Source: an uncultured delta proteobacterium
Lineage (GTDB): Bacteria > Desulfobacterota > Desulfobaccia > Desulfobaccales > 0-14-0-80-60-11
Length of the DNA: 64,000 nt
Direction: 5' to 3'
Assembly: GCA_963812015.1 (NCBI GenBank)
Contig: CAWETI010000002.1
Location: forward strand, 1,408,001 to 1,472,000
The position numbers were made by a program, and so were the translations under genes. Below the pieces are notes generated by a model. It saw only the letters and a list, made by a program, of their open reading frames with translations. It searched no databases and was not told where the DNA came from. Shown here in pieces: positions 30,279 through 39,792 of the stretch (its first letter is position 1; each line of letters begins with the position of its first letter).

Positions 30279-31553
30279 TTATATTTTCGGAAAAGACACC
30301 CAAAATCCCATCAGGATTCCTAACAAACTTACCAGGGGTATTAAGACCCTGTAGTGAATTTGGGTAACAAAAATACCGTAAATCATCATTAATAAGATAA
30401 GCAGATAATTGCCATATTTAATAAAATAATAAATGAAAGGGGGCATCGAAATTAGTTTAAAGAATATAAATCCCGCAATCCAAGACATCAACCCGAAGGC
30501 CGCCATGATAATTCCATAAAATGATGCTACCAATAAGATATTCAGAAGCCTGTCAATATTATAATTTATGAATATATTGCGTATTCTTAAATCATAAGCA
30601 TTTGCGCTTGGCAGATAATAGCCATAATGAGGAGGCCAAAAGGCCGGTTTAAGATGGGCTAACCTGATATAGTATTTATTATTGATGAATCTACCTGCAC
30701 TTAAATCAACTTGCTCTTTTATTACTTGATCTATAGTCTTAATCTCAATATCTTTCTGGAGTGTAATCCATTTTATGAGTGCCTCAAAATCTTGAAACGT
30801 GAGTTGCATGGTTCCGTCGCTTACTTCGTAGTTGATTTCACTAAAATCGTACTCGTGGAATACGACACAAACTATCGGTTGAGAGTAGGAAATGCGTTGG
30901 GCATAACTGAGCACCTTTCTTAACTGGCCTAATTCGCAGGTATTGGGTAAGAATTTTAGGGTGGCAGATGGACTGGCATAGCCAGAAAGATTCGAAGAGA
31001 GGCAGAGGAAGTTCATTTTTTCTAAAGCCAGTAAGGTATTGGCGTCATACGTACCAAAAGGTGGAATAAACGTATCGATTGAGACACCGAGGGTCTTCTC
31101 TAAAAATAATTTTCCTTCTCTTATCTTTAAAAATTGACTGTCATAATCAAGTCCGGCAAACTCGGTGGGTTTATTCAGAAATGATCGGTTGATATTATGG
31201 TGTGAATAACCATGCAGGGCGACATTTAGTGTCCCGGCATGAATGGCATTGAGGAGCATGTCGACCTTCGGTTGACTCAACACAATGACATCTTGAGGCC
31301 TCGGGTTCTGGATCACGCCGGACGCCACATAAGGGATGACCCCAACCGTAAAAGCAATGTGATATTTTTTGAATAGATCGATTACCTTTTCATCTAAATA
31401 GGTGGCGCTTTTGCTGGAATAATCATCATATCTGAAAATTAGGGTAACAGAATTATGATTTATCGAACCATAACTTGGAATAGTCATAAAATTAAACAAT
31501 ATTTTAGAAAAAATTCCCAATCTTGATAATAAGGAAGATCTGGATATTGTCAT
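30279..31553 (-). CDS. AT-rich membrane-anchored polysaccharide deacetylase-like protein (DUF2334/CE4)
   Basis: FRYDDY, LHGYSH, FIPPF, VFHEYD; three C-terminal hydrophobic segments. Confidence 0.8.
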   Translation of the reverse strand: MTISRSSLLSRLGIFSKILFNFMTIPSYGSINHNSVTLIFRYDDYSSKSATYLDEKVIDLFKKYHIAFTVGVIPYVASGVIQNPRPQDVIVLSQPKVDMLLNAIHAGTLNVALHGYSHHNINRSFLNKPTEFAGLDYDSQFLKIREGKLFLEKTLGVSIDTFIPPFGTYDANTLLALEKMNFLCLSSNLSGYASPSATLKFLPNTCELGQLRKVLSYAQRISYSQPIVCVVFHEYDFSEINYEVSDGTMQLTFQDFEALIKWITLQKDIEIKTIDQVIKEQVDLSAGRFINNKYYIRLAHLKPAFWPPHYGYYLPSANAYDLRIRNIFINYNIDRLLNILLVASFYGIIMAAFGLMSWIAGFIFFKLISMPPFIYYFIKYGNYLLILLMMIYGIFVTQIHYRVLIPLVSLLGILMGFWVSFPKI

Positions 31554-31602
31554 TATAGGTGATTAAGTTCTCTCACAAGCTATTTTAAAATTGCCTCCTT
31601 TC

Positions 31603-31674
31603 TGTCATCCTGAACGGAGTGCAGGATCTCAACTCATTGAACCTGCGAAATCCTTCGCTTCGCTCAGAATGACA
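31603..31674. repeat. Palindromic repeat element (TGTCATCCTGA...TCAGAATGACA type)
   Basis: Terminal inverted repeats with internal TCCTTCGCTTCGCTCAGAATGACA; partial copy at about 4290-4302. Confidence 0.75.
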
Positions 31675-31988
31675 ACTTTCCGGCAAAGCGAGGTTTTGAA
31701 ATGGCCTGTAGGCAATATGCATAAAATCCGAGAGGAACGCGCTGTATCCACCCCCAGATCAGCCACTCTGGCCATTTTTTCGGGGCGCCATCCCTGCTCT
31801 TGGAGGGGTCTTCAGTATAACTATCGGAAGAATCCCAGCATTGCGTTAAGGAAGTTTCTTTCGCCCCGGCGAAAACTTTAGCTTGCCAGGTTTTGGGGTT
31901 GAGGGGAAGGGCGGGGTGATGCCGCGCAAAGGCGCCAGGGGCGGGTCGGCCCGCCCCTTTGTCTGGCTACTGAAGAACTGGCAGATGA

Positions 31989-33290
31989 CTATTGACTCCT
32001 GCCAAACACCCGAGAAAAAATCGCCTCGACATGGCGGAAATAGCGGTTTAGATCAAAGATCGCCGCGACCTCCGCAGCGCTGAGGTGCTGGCCGATCTCG
32101 GGGTCGGCCTGAACTCGTTGGGCGAATTCGCCCCCTTCCTGCCAGACCAGCATGGCCGGGCGCTGCACCAGCCGGTAGGCCGCGTCCCGGGGAAGGCCCT
32201 TGTCGATGAGGGCCAGGAGCAGCGACTGGGAGAAGACCAGGCCCCGGGTTAATTTGAGATTGGCGGCCATGTTCTCCGGATAGACCTGGAGATTTTTGAG
32301 GAGGCGGGTGAGCCGGGCCAGCATGAAATCCAGGAGCACGGTGCTGTCCGGGGCGATAACCCGCTCCGCCGAGGAGTGGCTGATGTCCCGCTCGTGCCAC
32401 AGGGCGACGTTTTCCAGGGCCGTCAGGGCGTTGCCCCGGAGCACCCGGGCCAGGCCGCAGAGGTTTTCCGAGAGTATCGGGTTGCGTTTATGGGGCATGG
32501 CCGACGAGCCCTTCTGGCCGGCGGCGAACATCTCTTCCGCTTCCCGCACCTCGGTGCGCTGCAGGTGGCGAATCTCCAGGGCCACTTTTTCCACGCTGGC
32601 GCCGATCAGGGCAAGGGTGAGAAAGTATTCGGCATGCCGGTCCCGCTGGATGATCTGGGTGGAAATGGGCGCAGGCGTGAGCCCCAGACGGCGGCAAACC
32701 CCGGCTTCCAACTCCGGGGGCAGATGGGCGAAGGTGCCCACCGCGCCGGAAATTTTCCCCACCGCGATGCTCTTTCGGGCCGCCTCCAGCCGGGTCCGCT
32801 GCCGCTGAAACTCGGCGTACCACAAGGCGAATTTCAAGCCCAGGGTGATGGGCTCGGCATGCACCCCGTGGGTCCGACCCACCATGATCTGGTCTTTGAA
32901 GGCGAAGGCCTTTTCTTTAAGCACGGCCAAAAGATCATCCAGATCGGCCAGCAAGAGGTCCGCCGCTTCGGTCAGGCGCAGGCCCAGGGCGGTGTCCAGC
33001 ACATCCGAAGAGGTGAGGCCGAAGTGGAAGTAGCGGCCGTCCTCCTCAAGGCCGGCGGCCACCTGGTCCACAAAAGCGGCCACGTCGTGGTGGGTCTTGG
33101 CCTCGATCTCCAGGATGCGCGCCACGTCGATCCTGGCCTTCCCGGCGGCCCGGGTCGGCACCTCCTTAGGGATGAGGCCGCACTCAGCCATGGCCTCCAT
33201 GGCGGCCAGCTCCACCTTGAGCCAGCTGGCAAATTTGTTCTCTTCGGTCCAAATCCGAGCCATGACCTCACGGCTATATCGGGGAATCAT
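31989..33290 (-). CDS. purB: Adenylosuccinate lyase
   Basis: MIPRYSR, HFGLTSSD, GRTHGVHAEP, GSSAMPHKRNP, WHERDISHSS.ER. Confidence 0.98.
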   Translation of the reverse strand: MIPRYSREVMARIWTEENKFASWLKVELAAMEAMAECGLIPKEVPTRAAGKARIDVARILEIEAKTHHDVAAFVDQVAAGLEEDGRYFHFGLTSSDVLDTALGLRLTEAADLLLADLDDLLAVLKEKAFAFKDQIMVGRTHGVHAEPITLGLKFALWYAEFQRQRTRLEAARKSIAVGKISGAVGTFAHLPPELEAGVCRRLGLTPAPISTQIIQRDRHAEYFLTLALIGASVEKVALEIRHLQRTEVREAEEMFAAGQKGSSAMPHKRNPILSENLCGLARVLRGNALTALENVALWHERDISHSSAERVIAPDSTVLLDFMLARLTRLLKNLQVYPENMAANLKLTRGLVFSQSLLLALIDKGLPRDAAYRLVQRPAMLVWQEGGEFAQRVQADPEIGQHLSAAEVAAIFDLNRYFRHVEAIFSRVFGRSQ

Positions 33291-33602
33291 GCTTCACCTC
33301 ACGTAAAAAAATATCATCGGTTGAAATGCGGAGGCCGGACCACGGGGCCCGGGCCGCCGGCCGCCCCCAGGCTCAGTCGCCTGGCAAAAGACCGACGTCT
33401 GATTATAATCAGAAAAGCGCGGTGGGCGGTAAGAGAATCTGGCCGCAGGGCAAATAATGCCGATTTCTGAAGACCGGAGAGTTGACGCCGAATCCGGGAA
33501 ACTATACTGTTCAGGGTAGATGAGATAAATTAAACGCGTTGACCATCAGGCGCGAAGTCTGGGATTTGTCTCTATCTTGCCGGAAGAAATCTTGAGGTCG
33601 CC

Positions 33603-34265
33603 ATGCCCGGTTGGGGAGAAATTTTTGCCGATCCCGTGATGCAGGGCCGGGAGCCCGAACCCGAGCTTATCGCCCTGATCCCGGTAATGCGAGCGGCCGG
33701 CTGCCGCCGGCTGCTGGACGCCGGTTGCGGCGTCGGCCGTCACCTGCTGCCCCTTCTCCAGGCTGGTTTCCTGGTCTGGGGCGTGGATTGTGACAGCCAG
33801 GTGCTCCGTCTCCTCAAGGACCGCCTGGCAAACGCTGATGTGGCGGTGGCCGGACCGTATCTGGCCCAGGCCGACCTCAACCGCCTGCCTTTCGCCTCCG
33901 GGGCCTTCGACCTGGTAGTGTCCATCAAGGTCATCAACCACGGCCATGCCGCCATTTTCCGGGACTATTGTCGGGAGCTGGACCGGGTCCTGAAACCTGG
34001 CGGACGTCTGTTCATCATGGTTTCCCCCTGGGAGTTCGCCGAACTGGTCAGGCTGCCCCAGACCCGGGAGCTGGAGCCCGGCACCCTGGTGGACATCGCT
34101 ACCCCTGATGGCACCCTGGTGCACCACTTTCCCACCCCGGAAGAACTTCGGGAACAGTTTCCCGGCTATCAGGCGCACCGCTGGGAGACCGTCCGGGTCC
34201 CCATCCCCTTCATGGAGAACGTGGAGATGCCGCAGCTGATTTTTTGGGGAGAAAAGGTGAGGTAG
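33603..34265 (+). CDS. Class I SAM-dependent methyltransferase
   Basis: LLDAGCGVGRH, FDLVVS, RVLKPGG. Confidence 0.9.
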   Translation: MPGWGEIFADPVMQGREPEPELIALIPVMRAAGCRRLLDAGCGVGRHLLPLLQAGFLVWGVDCDSQVLRLLKDRLANADVAVAGPYLAQADLNRLPFASGAFDLVVSIKVINHGHAAIFRDYCRELDRVLKPGGRLFIMVSPWEFAELVRLPQTRELEPGTLVDIATPDGTLVHHFPTPEELREQFPGYQAHRWETVRVPIPFMENVEMPQLIFWGEKVR

Positions 34266-34336
34266 AAGTAAGCAGTAAAAAGTGAGCAAATGTGGTTTTT
34301 TTCTGGCCCCTAAAACCTAAAACCTGACCCCTAAAT

Positions 34337-35392
34337 ATGACCGACCAGAGAGAACCCTCCATCCTCGAAACCCGGCATCAAGGCCTGAGGGTGATTATCC
34401 TCAACCGCCCCCGGGTCCTCAATACCCTTAACCGGGAAATGGTCCGGCTCCTGCAGTCGGCGTTGGACGAGGCTCTGGCCGCGGACGACGTACGCCTGGT
34501 GGTGATCGGCGGCGCCGGGGACCGGGGTTTCTGTGCCGGGGGCGACCTCAAAGAGCTGACCCGGGCGGTCCAGGATGGCGAGGTGCACCTGGCCGACCAG
34601 TTCTTCCGGGAGGAGTATGCCCTGGACCTCCTGATCCACCGGTTCCCCAAGCCGGTGGTGGTCCTGGCCCACGGCGTCACCATGGGGGGCGGGTTGGGCC
34701 TGGCCGCGGGGGCGGACCTGGTCGTGGCCACCGAAGCCACTCGCATGGCCATGCCCGAAACCCGCATCGGCTTCTTCCCGGACGTGGGCGCCACCGGCTG
34801 GCTTTTCGCCAAGTGTCCCCCGGGCTACCCCGAGTACCTGGCCCTGACGGGCTATGAGCTTTGGGGGGCCGAATGCGTCCGGCTGGGGCTGGCCACGCAT
34901 CTGGTGGATTCGGCCCGGTTGCCCGAACTTCGGGAGGCGCTCAAAAATTGTGCAGTGGGGCTTGCCGCAGATAAGCCCAAAGCGGTGGCGGAACTGGAAC
35001 TGGTGCTGGCCCCCTTCACCCGCCGGGATATTCCGCCAAAGCCCGAGTTGGACGTATGGGTGGCGGAGCATTTTGCGGGGAAGAGGTCTCTTCGGGAGAT
35101 CATGGCCGCCCTGAATCAGTGCAGCCTGGAAATGAAGCTCTGTGAGGACGTGTGCCGGCGCCTGGGGGAGCGCTCCCCCACGGCCCTGGCCGTGACATTG
35201 CAGCTCCTCCGGGCCAATGAGGGGCGGCCCCTGCCGGAGGTCTTCGGCCGGGAGGCCCTGGCGGCCCACTTCCTGATCAGCCATCCCGACTACCTGGAGG
35301 GCATCCGGGCCCGGATCATCGACAAGGATGATCAGCCCCGCTGGCAGCCTGCCACCGTCGAGGCATTGGGACCCATGGCCACAGGGTTTTGA
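34337..35392 (+). CDS. 3-hydroxyisobutyryl-CoA hydrolase-like (crotonase family)
   Basis: LNRPRVLN, FCAGGD, TMGGG, MPETRIGFFPDVG, EGIRA.IIDKD..P.W. Confidence 0.9.
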   Translation: MTDQREPSILETRHQGLRVIILNRPRVLNTLNREMVRLLQSALDEALAADDVRLVVIGGAGDRGFCAGGDLKELTRAVQDGEVHLADQFFREEYALDLLIHRFPKPVVVLAHGVTMGGGLGLAAGADLVVATEATRMAMPETRIGFFPDVGATGWLFAKCPPGYPEYLALTGYELWGAECVRLGLATHLVDSARLPELREALKNCAVGLAADKPKAVAELELVLAPFTRRDIPPKPELDVWVAEHFAGKRSLREIMAALNQCSLEMKLCEDVCRRLGERSPTALAVTLQLLRANEGRPLPEVFGREALAAHFLISHPDYLEGIRARIIDKDDQPRWQPATVEALGPMATGF

Positions 35393-35547
35393 GGGGAGGG
35401 TGGGGGCATGATATCTAACTATTTAATAATCCAGGTAAATAAACCTTTAGCAAAAGGGGGCTTAACAAAAGCTTTCAGAAATCGGGGCGGATTATTATTA
35501 TGTAATTCGGGGAATACGTTGTTAGAGGAAGAAAAGCGAGGGAGCTT

Positions 35548-36321
35548 ATGTCGTATCAAACCATTCTGTTGGAACAGGAGTCCGGAGTTGCCACCATCAC
35601 CTTCAACCGCCCGGACAAGCTCAATGCCCTGAGCCACGAGATGCTGGCGGAGTTCAAGGATGCCGTGGACCGGGTGAGCCGGGACCCCGGGATCCGGGTG
35701 CTCCTCCTCACCGGGGCCGGCCGGTCCTTCATCGCCGGGGCGGACATCAAGGTCTTTCTGGAGTTTGATCCCCTGGCGGCCCGGCAGTTCGCCCGGTCGG
35801 CCCACGAGACCGGCTTCAAGCTCGAGGCCCTGGACATCCCGGTGATCGCCTGCGTCAACGGTTTTGCCCTGGGGGGCGGCCTGGAGATGGCCATGGCCTG
35901 CGATTTCATCTATGCCGCGGACACCGCCAGGCTGGGCCAGCCGGAAATCAACCTGGGGATCATCCCCGGCTTCGGCGGCACCCAGCGCCTGTCCCGTCTG
36001 GTGGGCAAGGGGGCGGCCAAGGAGTTGGTCCTCACCGGCCGCATGCTGGACGCGGCGGAAGCCAAAGCCCTGGGGCTGGTGGCCCAGGTCTTTCCCGCCG
36101 ATACCTTCATGAGGGAATGCCGGAAAGTGGCCCGGTCCCTGGCGGCCAAGGGCCGGGTGTCTTTGGGCGCCGCCAAGCAGGCCATCGACCGGGGTTTCGA
36201 CCAGGACTTGCGAAATGCCTGCCTTCTGGAGGTGGACGCCTTTGCCCTGTGCTTTGCCTCTCCGGACGCCCACGAAGGGGCCAGGGCCTTTCTGGAGAAG
36301 CGCCAGCCGCGGTTTGCTTGA
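35548..36321 (+). CDS. Enoyl-CoA hydratase (crotonase)
   Basis: FIAGADI, ALGGGLE, GQPEINLGIIPGFGGTQRL. Confidence 0.95.
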   Translation: MSYQTILLEQESGVATITFNRPDKLNALSHEMLAEFKDAVDRVSRDPGIRVLLLTGAGRSFIAGADIKVFLEFDPLAARQFARSAHETGFKLEALDIPVIACVNGFALGGGLEMAMACDFIYAADTARLGQPEINLGIIPGFGGTQRLSRLVGKGAAKELVLTGRMLDAAEAKALGLVAQVFPADTFMRECRKVARSLAAKGRVSLGAAKQAIDRGFDQDLRNACLLEVDAFALCFASPDAHEGARAFLEKRQPRFA

Positions 36322-36373
36322 ACCATGAGTAGGAACAGAGCGGAGGCTAATAGTGGGCCACCCAGGGGGCTTG

Positions 36374-36453
36374 AAAATCCCCCCTTCCCCCCTTTAGGAA
36401 AGGGGGGGGATCAGAAAGTCCCCCTTTAACAAAGGGGGATTTAGGGGGATTTT
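36374..36453. repeat. Family B palindromic repeat (AAATCCCCC...CCCCCTTT-nnn-AAAGGGGG), inverted pair
   Basis: Two CCCCCTTT/AAAGGGGG hairpins; same pattern at 38816-38899 and 43099-43192. Confidence 0.8.
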
Positions 36454-36550
36454 ACCATTCCCGATAAAGCCGGTGGCGACACTGCCCCATCCTTGCGGCG
36501 GGGCCAGAATTCCAATACAATCGAGAAAAACTCTGACATGAGCCTATCTT

Positions 36551-37636
36551 ATGCCTGATAGCAACCGCAAACCCACCCGGCCCATCTTTATCGGCCCGGT
36601 CCAGATCGGCGGCGGGGCCCCGGTGGTGGTGCAAAGCATGACCAACACCGACACCCGGGAAGTTGGGGCCACCCTGGCCCAGATCCAGCGCCTGGCCGCG
36701 GCGGGCTGCGAAGTGGCCCGCCTGGCCGTGCCCGATAAGGAGGCGGCCCAAGCCTTCGGGGAGATCAAGCGCGAGAGTCCGCTGCCCCTCATCGCCGACA
36801 TCCACTTCAATTACCGTCTGGCCCTGGCGTCTTTGGAGGCGGGGGCCGACGCCATCCGCATCAATCCCGGCAACCTGGGGGGGGCCGAAAAAACCCGGAT
36901 CGTGGTGGAGGCCTGCCGGGAGCGGGGCGTGCCTCTGCGCCTGGGGGTGAACGCCGGCTCCCTGGAGGCGGACCTCCTGGCCCGCTACGGCGCGCCCAGC
37001 GCCGCCGCCATGGCGGCCAGCGCCATGCGCTGGGTGAAGCAGTTCGAGGACTGGGGCTTCTTCGATTTCAAGATTTCCCTGAAATCGTCCGATGTTTTGA
37101 CGACCGTGGCGGCGTATGAGGAGTTGTCCCGCCAGACGGACTACCCCCTGCACCTGGGGGTCACAGAAGCCGGGGGCCTCATTGCCGGCACGGTGAAATC
37201 CGCCCTGGGCATCGGTATGCTGCTGGCCAAGGGCATCGGCGACACCATGCGGGTGTCCCTCACCCGTGACCCGGTGGAAGAAATCCGGGTGGCCTATGAG
37301 ATCCTCCGGGCCCTGCAGCTTAGGGAACGGGGGGTGGAACTCATCTCCTGCCCCACCTGCGGCCGCTGCCGCATCGATCTCTTCTCCCTGGCCGAGGAAG
37401 CCGAACGGCGGCTGTTGGCCGTGACCGCCCCCATCAAGGTGGCCATCATGGGCTGTGTGGTCAACGGCCCGGGGGAAGCCCGGGAGGCCGATGTGGGGAT
37501 TGCCGGGGGCGCCGGGGTGGGCCTGTTGTTCAAAAAAGGCGAAGCTGTACGCCAGGTGCCTGAGCATGACCTCCTCCGGGTCTTGCTGACGGAAGTGGCG
37601 GCCCTCACCGGCGAGGCGGTGGAACTGCCCGAGTAA
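36551..37636 (+). CDS. ispG: 4-hydroxy-3-methylbut-2-en-1-yl diphosphate synthase
   Basis: VQSMTNT, ADIHF, RINPGN, LHLGVTEAG, SCPTCGR, MGCVVNGPGE. Confidence 0.98.
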   Translation: MPDSNRKPTRPIFIGPVQIGGGAPVVVQSMTNTDTREVGATLAQIQRLAAAGCEVARLAVPDKEAAQAFGEIKRESPLPLIADIHFNYRLALASLEAGADAIRINPGNLGGAEKTRIVVEACRERGVPLRLGVNAGSLEADLLARYGAPSAAAMAASAMRWVKQFEDWGFFDFKISLKSSDVLTTVAAYEELSRQTDYPLHLGVTEAGGLIAGTVKSALGIGMLLAKGIGDTMRVSLTRDPVEEIRVAYEILRALQLRERGVELISCPTCGRCRIDLFSLAEEAERRLLAVTAPIKVAIMGCVVNGPGEAREADVGIAGGAGVGLLFKKGEAVRQVPEHDLLRVLLTEVAALTGEAVELPE

Positions 37637-37937
37637 GGGTTAATTGACGGCCGCAGGCTTTACCATCAATCCGATTTCCCTGCCTAAGCAATACTTGGCG
37701 CATTCCCTCCCCGTTGGCGTTGTCCGCCGGGGTTGACGCCTTGACCCCCTAAAGCCCAAATTAAGCAATTTGGAAGGTGAAAACCAGGGATAGCCTGATT
37801 TACTTGAGGCTGGTTTCAAGAGAATAATCGAATTCAAGTATTCTGGAAGAGGTGGGATGAGGGCGCCGCGGGTCACAAGGACAGGAAACCCCTGAGAAAT
37901 TCCTTGACAATTCGAGTAAAAGCCCTTAACCGTAGCA

Positions 37938-38098
37938 TATGACGTTGTGATAACGCCCGGCATTACTTGGCGATACAACAGAGTTGCACCTGTCCAACGG
38001 CTTCAGGCGGCGGGGACATCTTAACAGGTTTTGGTCTCGTTGCCTCATCACCACGATGTAGAGGCAGTGTTCCCGTCAGGTATGATTTAAACGTCATA
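37938..38098 (+). ncRNA. Candidate structured RNA (rod-like; 6S-like RNA or 5' leader)
   Basis: TATGACGTT/AACGTCATA closing stem; inner CAAC-a-GAG/CTC-GTTG and ACCTGT/ACAGGT stems; TTGACA at 37904-37909 places the start near 37939. Confidence 0.3.
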
Positions 38099-38169
38099 AA
38101 CTTTATTGAGTGAACCGCGGTTGGCGCGGCAAGCAGGTTAATTCGCGAGGATCGAAAGGGGGGGCTCAG

Positions 38170-38610
38170 ATGAGGATAGTGGCCTTAATTATCGGGATTA
38201 TGTTGGTTTCAGCCGGCGTCGTGGGAGCTATTGACACGCCTAGTCGGACTGTACCCCCGGCCATGCCTGAGGTCATAGATGGTGTCCCCTATACGGGCGT
38301 CATCCAAAACAAAACCAGTTACGAGGTGTCGATCCCATCGGATAATAGCGATGCCACCCTGATTATTCCGCCACATGGGTGGATAGAGTATACCATCTGG
38401 ACCCACCAGTTTGACGTAGCAGCCTACCACAATGGCGACCCGTTTTATTGTCTGAAACTAATCGCCAATCCCCAGGCGTATACCTTCAAGTGCAAAAAAT
38501 ACGATTTCATGGCGGAGATCGTCAAACCGGAGCCGGTGCGGAAGTATAAACCCATGAAAAAGCGGCGCATTAAAAGAAAACCGAAAAGCGATGATGCAGA
38601 GTTAGGGTAG
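38170..38610 (+). CDS. Hypothetical secreted protein with basic C-terminal tail
   Basis: Signal peptide MRIVALIIGIMLVSAGVVGA; beta-rich body; KKRRIKRK tail. Confidence 0.75.
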   Translation: MRIVALIIGIMLVSAGVVGAIDTPSRTVPPAMPEVIDGVPYTGVIQNKTSYEVSIPSDNSDATLIIPPHGWIEYTIWTHQFDVAAYHNGDPFYCLKLIANPQAYTFKCKKYDFMAEIVKPEPVRKYKPMKKRRIKRKPKSDDAELG

Positions 38611-38762
38611 CAACGCCCGATACGCCGATTTTGTGTTGAAACTCCGAGGGGAAGCAGGCAGATTACTGGCCGGCTTTCCCTCTTGCTTTGCACCCCAGTC
38701 TTCCTTAGCCGGCTTCACGCCAAGGCGCACTCAAAGAATTGCAGAACGCGAGGTTCGGGGCG

Positions 38763-38965
38763 CACCTAGTGGCGTGTTTCAGAATTAAAGTAACAAGGTA
38801 AAAACCGGTCTTTTACCCCCCTTTCCTAAAGGGGGGCCAGGGGGGATTTTTATAAGAGTTTGAAATCCCCCTGAATCCCCCTTTTTCAAAGGGGGACTTA
38901 ACCTGCCAGGTCTGGTGCTCCCAGCCTGCATTTATGTCCATCTAATCATGCAACACTACACCTAG
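38763..38965. mobile_element. Putative MITE-like insertion inside a REP palindrome
   Basis: CACCTAG direct repeats at 38763-38769 and 38959-38965; imperfect inner inverted repeats; carries a family B repeat. Confidence 0.5.
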
Positions 38966-39036
38966 GGGTGCGCCCAAAGCGGGGGGACACGCAGGTCAGC
39001 CCCTGCAATACATTGCGGTTGGATGGCGCATCCGCC

Positions 39037-39708
39037 TCAAACCGGCCGGGTCACCGCCCGACTGAGGTTTTGCAGGATGTCCAGGTAGACCTCCGAGTAG
39101 TTCAACCTTCCCTGGCGGATGGCGTAGAAGGCATTCAGCATCAGGGACGCCACCATGAGATTGGCGAAGAGCAGTTGGGGGGCCCCGGCCGCCATAAGTT
39201 CCTCGCATGACAGGGTGGCGGGGTTCTGGTCCTGGGGGTCGGCAATCTCCGGATGATAGCGGCTCAGGGACGGGGTGAGGTCCTGGCCCCCCTGGCGCAC
39301 GTAAACCTGGACGTTGCCGTCCTCATAGTCGTTGCCCCCGGAAATGAGGGTGAGGTCGGCAAGGGAGGCGGCATGGCGGCTGACCAGGTTACGGGAGGCG
39401 TGGTTGTCCACCATCAGGAAGACCACCTCCCCCTCGCCGATCAACCGGGCCACGTTGTCCTCCGTGACATATTCCGGGGCCGCCCGGAAGGCGATGACTT
39501 CGAACTCCTGCGCCAGTTCCAGCGCCTTGACCTCGGCCTTGTTGCCCAGGCGGGAGAACGCCTGGCGGGCCGCGTTGCTGCGCTCAAAGCGGTCGCCGTC
39601 AATGAGGGTGAGACGGGCCCTGACGGCGGAATATTGCAGATAGCGGCAGAGAAAGGGGAGCAGGGCGCAGCCGATGCCGCCGATGCCGATTGCCTTGATC
39701 TCTAACAT
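39037..39708 (-). CDS. ThiF/E1-like adenylyltransferase
   Basis: GIGGIG, IDGDRFERSNAARQ, NKAE, VDNHASR, SCEE...QLLFAN; no CxxC zinc pairs. Confidence 0.92.
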   Translation of the reverse strand: MLEIKAIGIGGIGCALLPFLCRYLQYSAVRARLTLIDGDRFERSNAARQAFSRLGNKAEVKALELAQEFEVIAFRAAPEYVTEDNVARLIGEGEVVFLMVDNHASRNLVSRHAASLADLTLISGGNDYEDGNVQVYVRQGGQDLTPSLSRYHPEIADPQDQNPATLSCEELMAAGAPQLLFANLMVASLMLNAFYAIRQGRLNYSEVYLDILQNLSRAVTRPV

Positions 39709-39792
39709 ACAGAAGCTCCTTGAGGTATGCCCGGAACCGGGGAACGACTGCTGATCGCCGGCTGAAAGGTATTGAGAAAAGTCCGGTTCGGG

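Noticed and set aside
37640..37978. 112-aa minus-strand ORF
   Set aside because: No motifs or RBS; it overlaps the predicted promoter region of the opposite strand.
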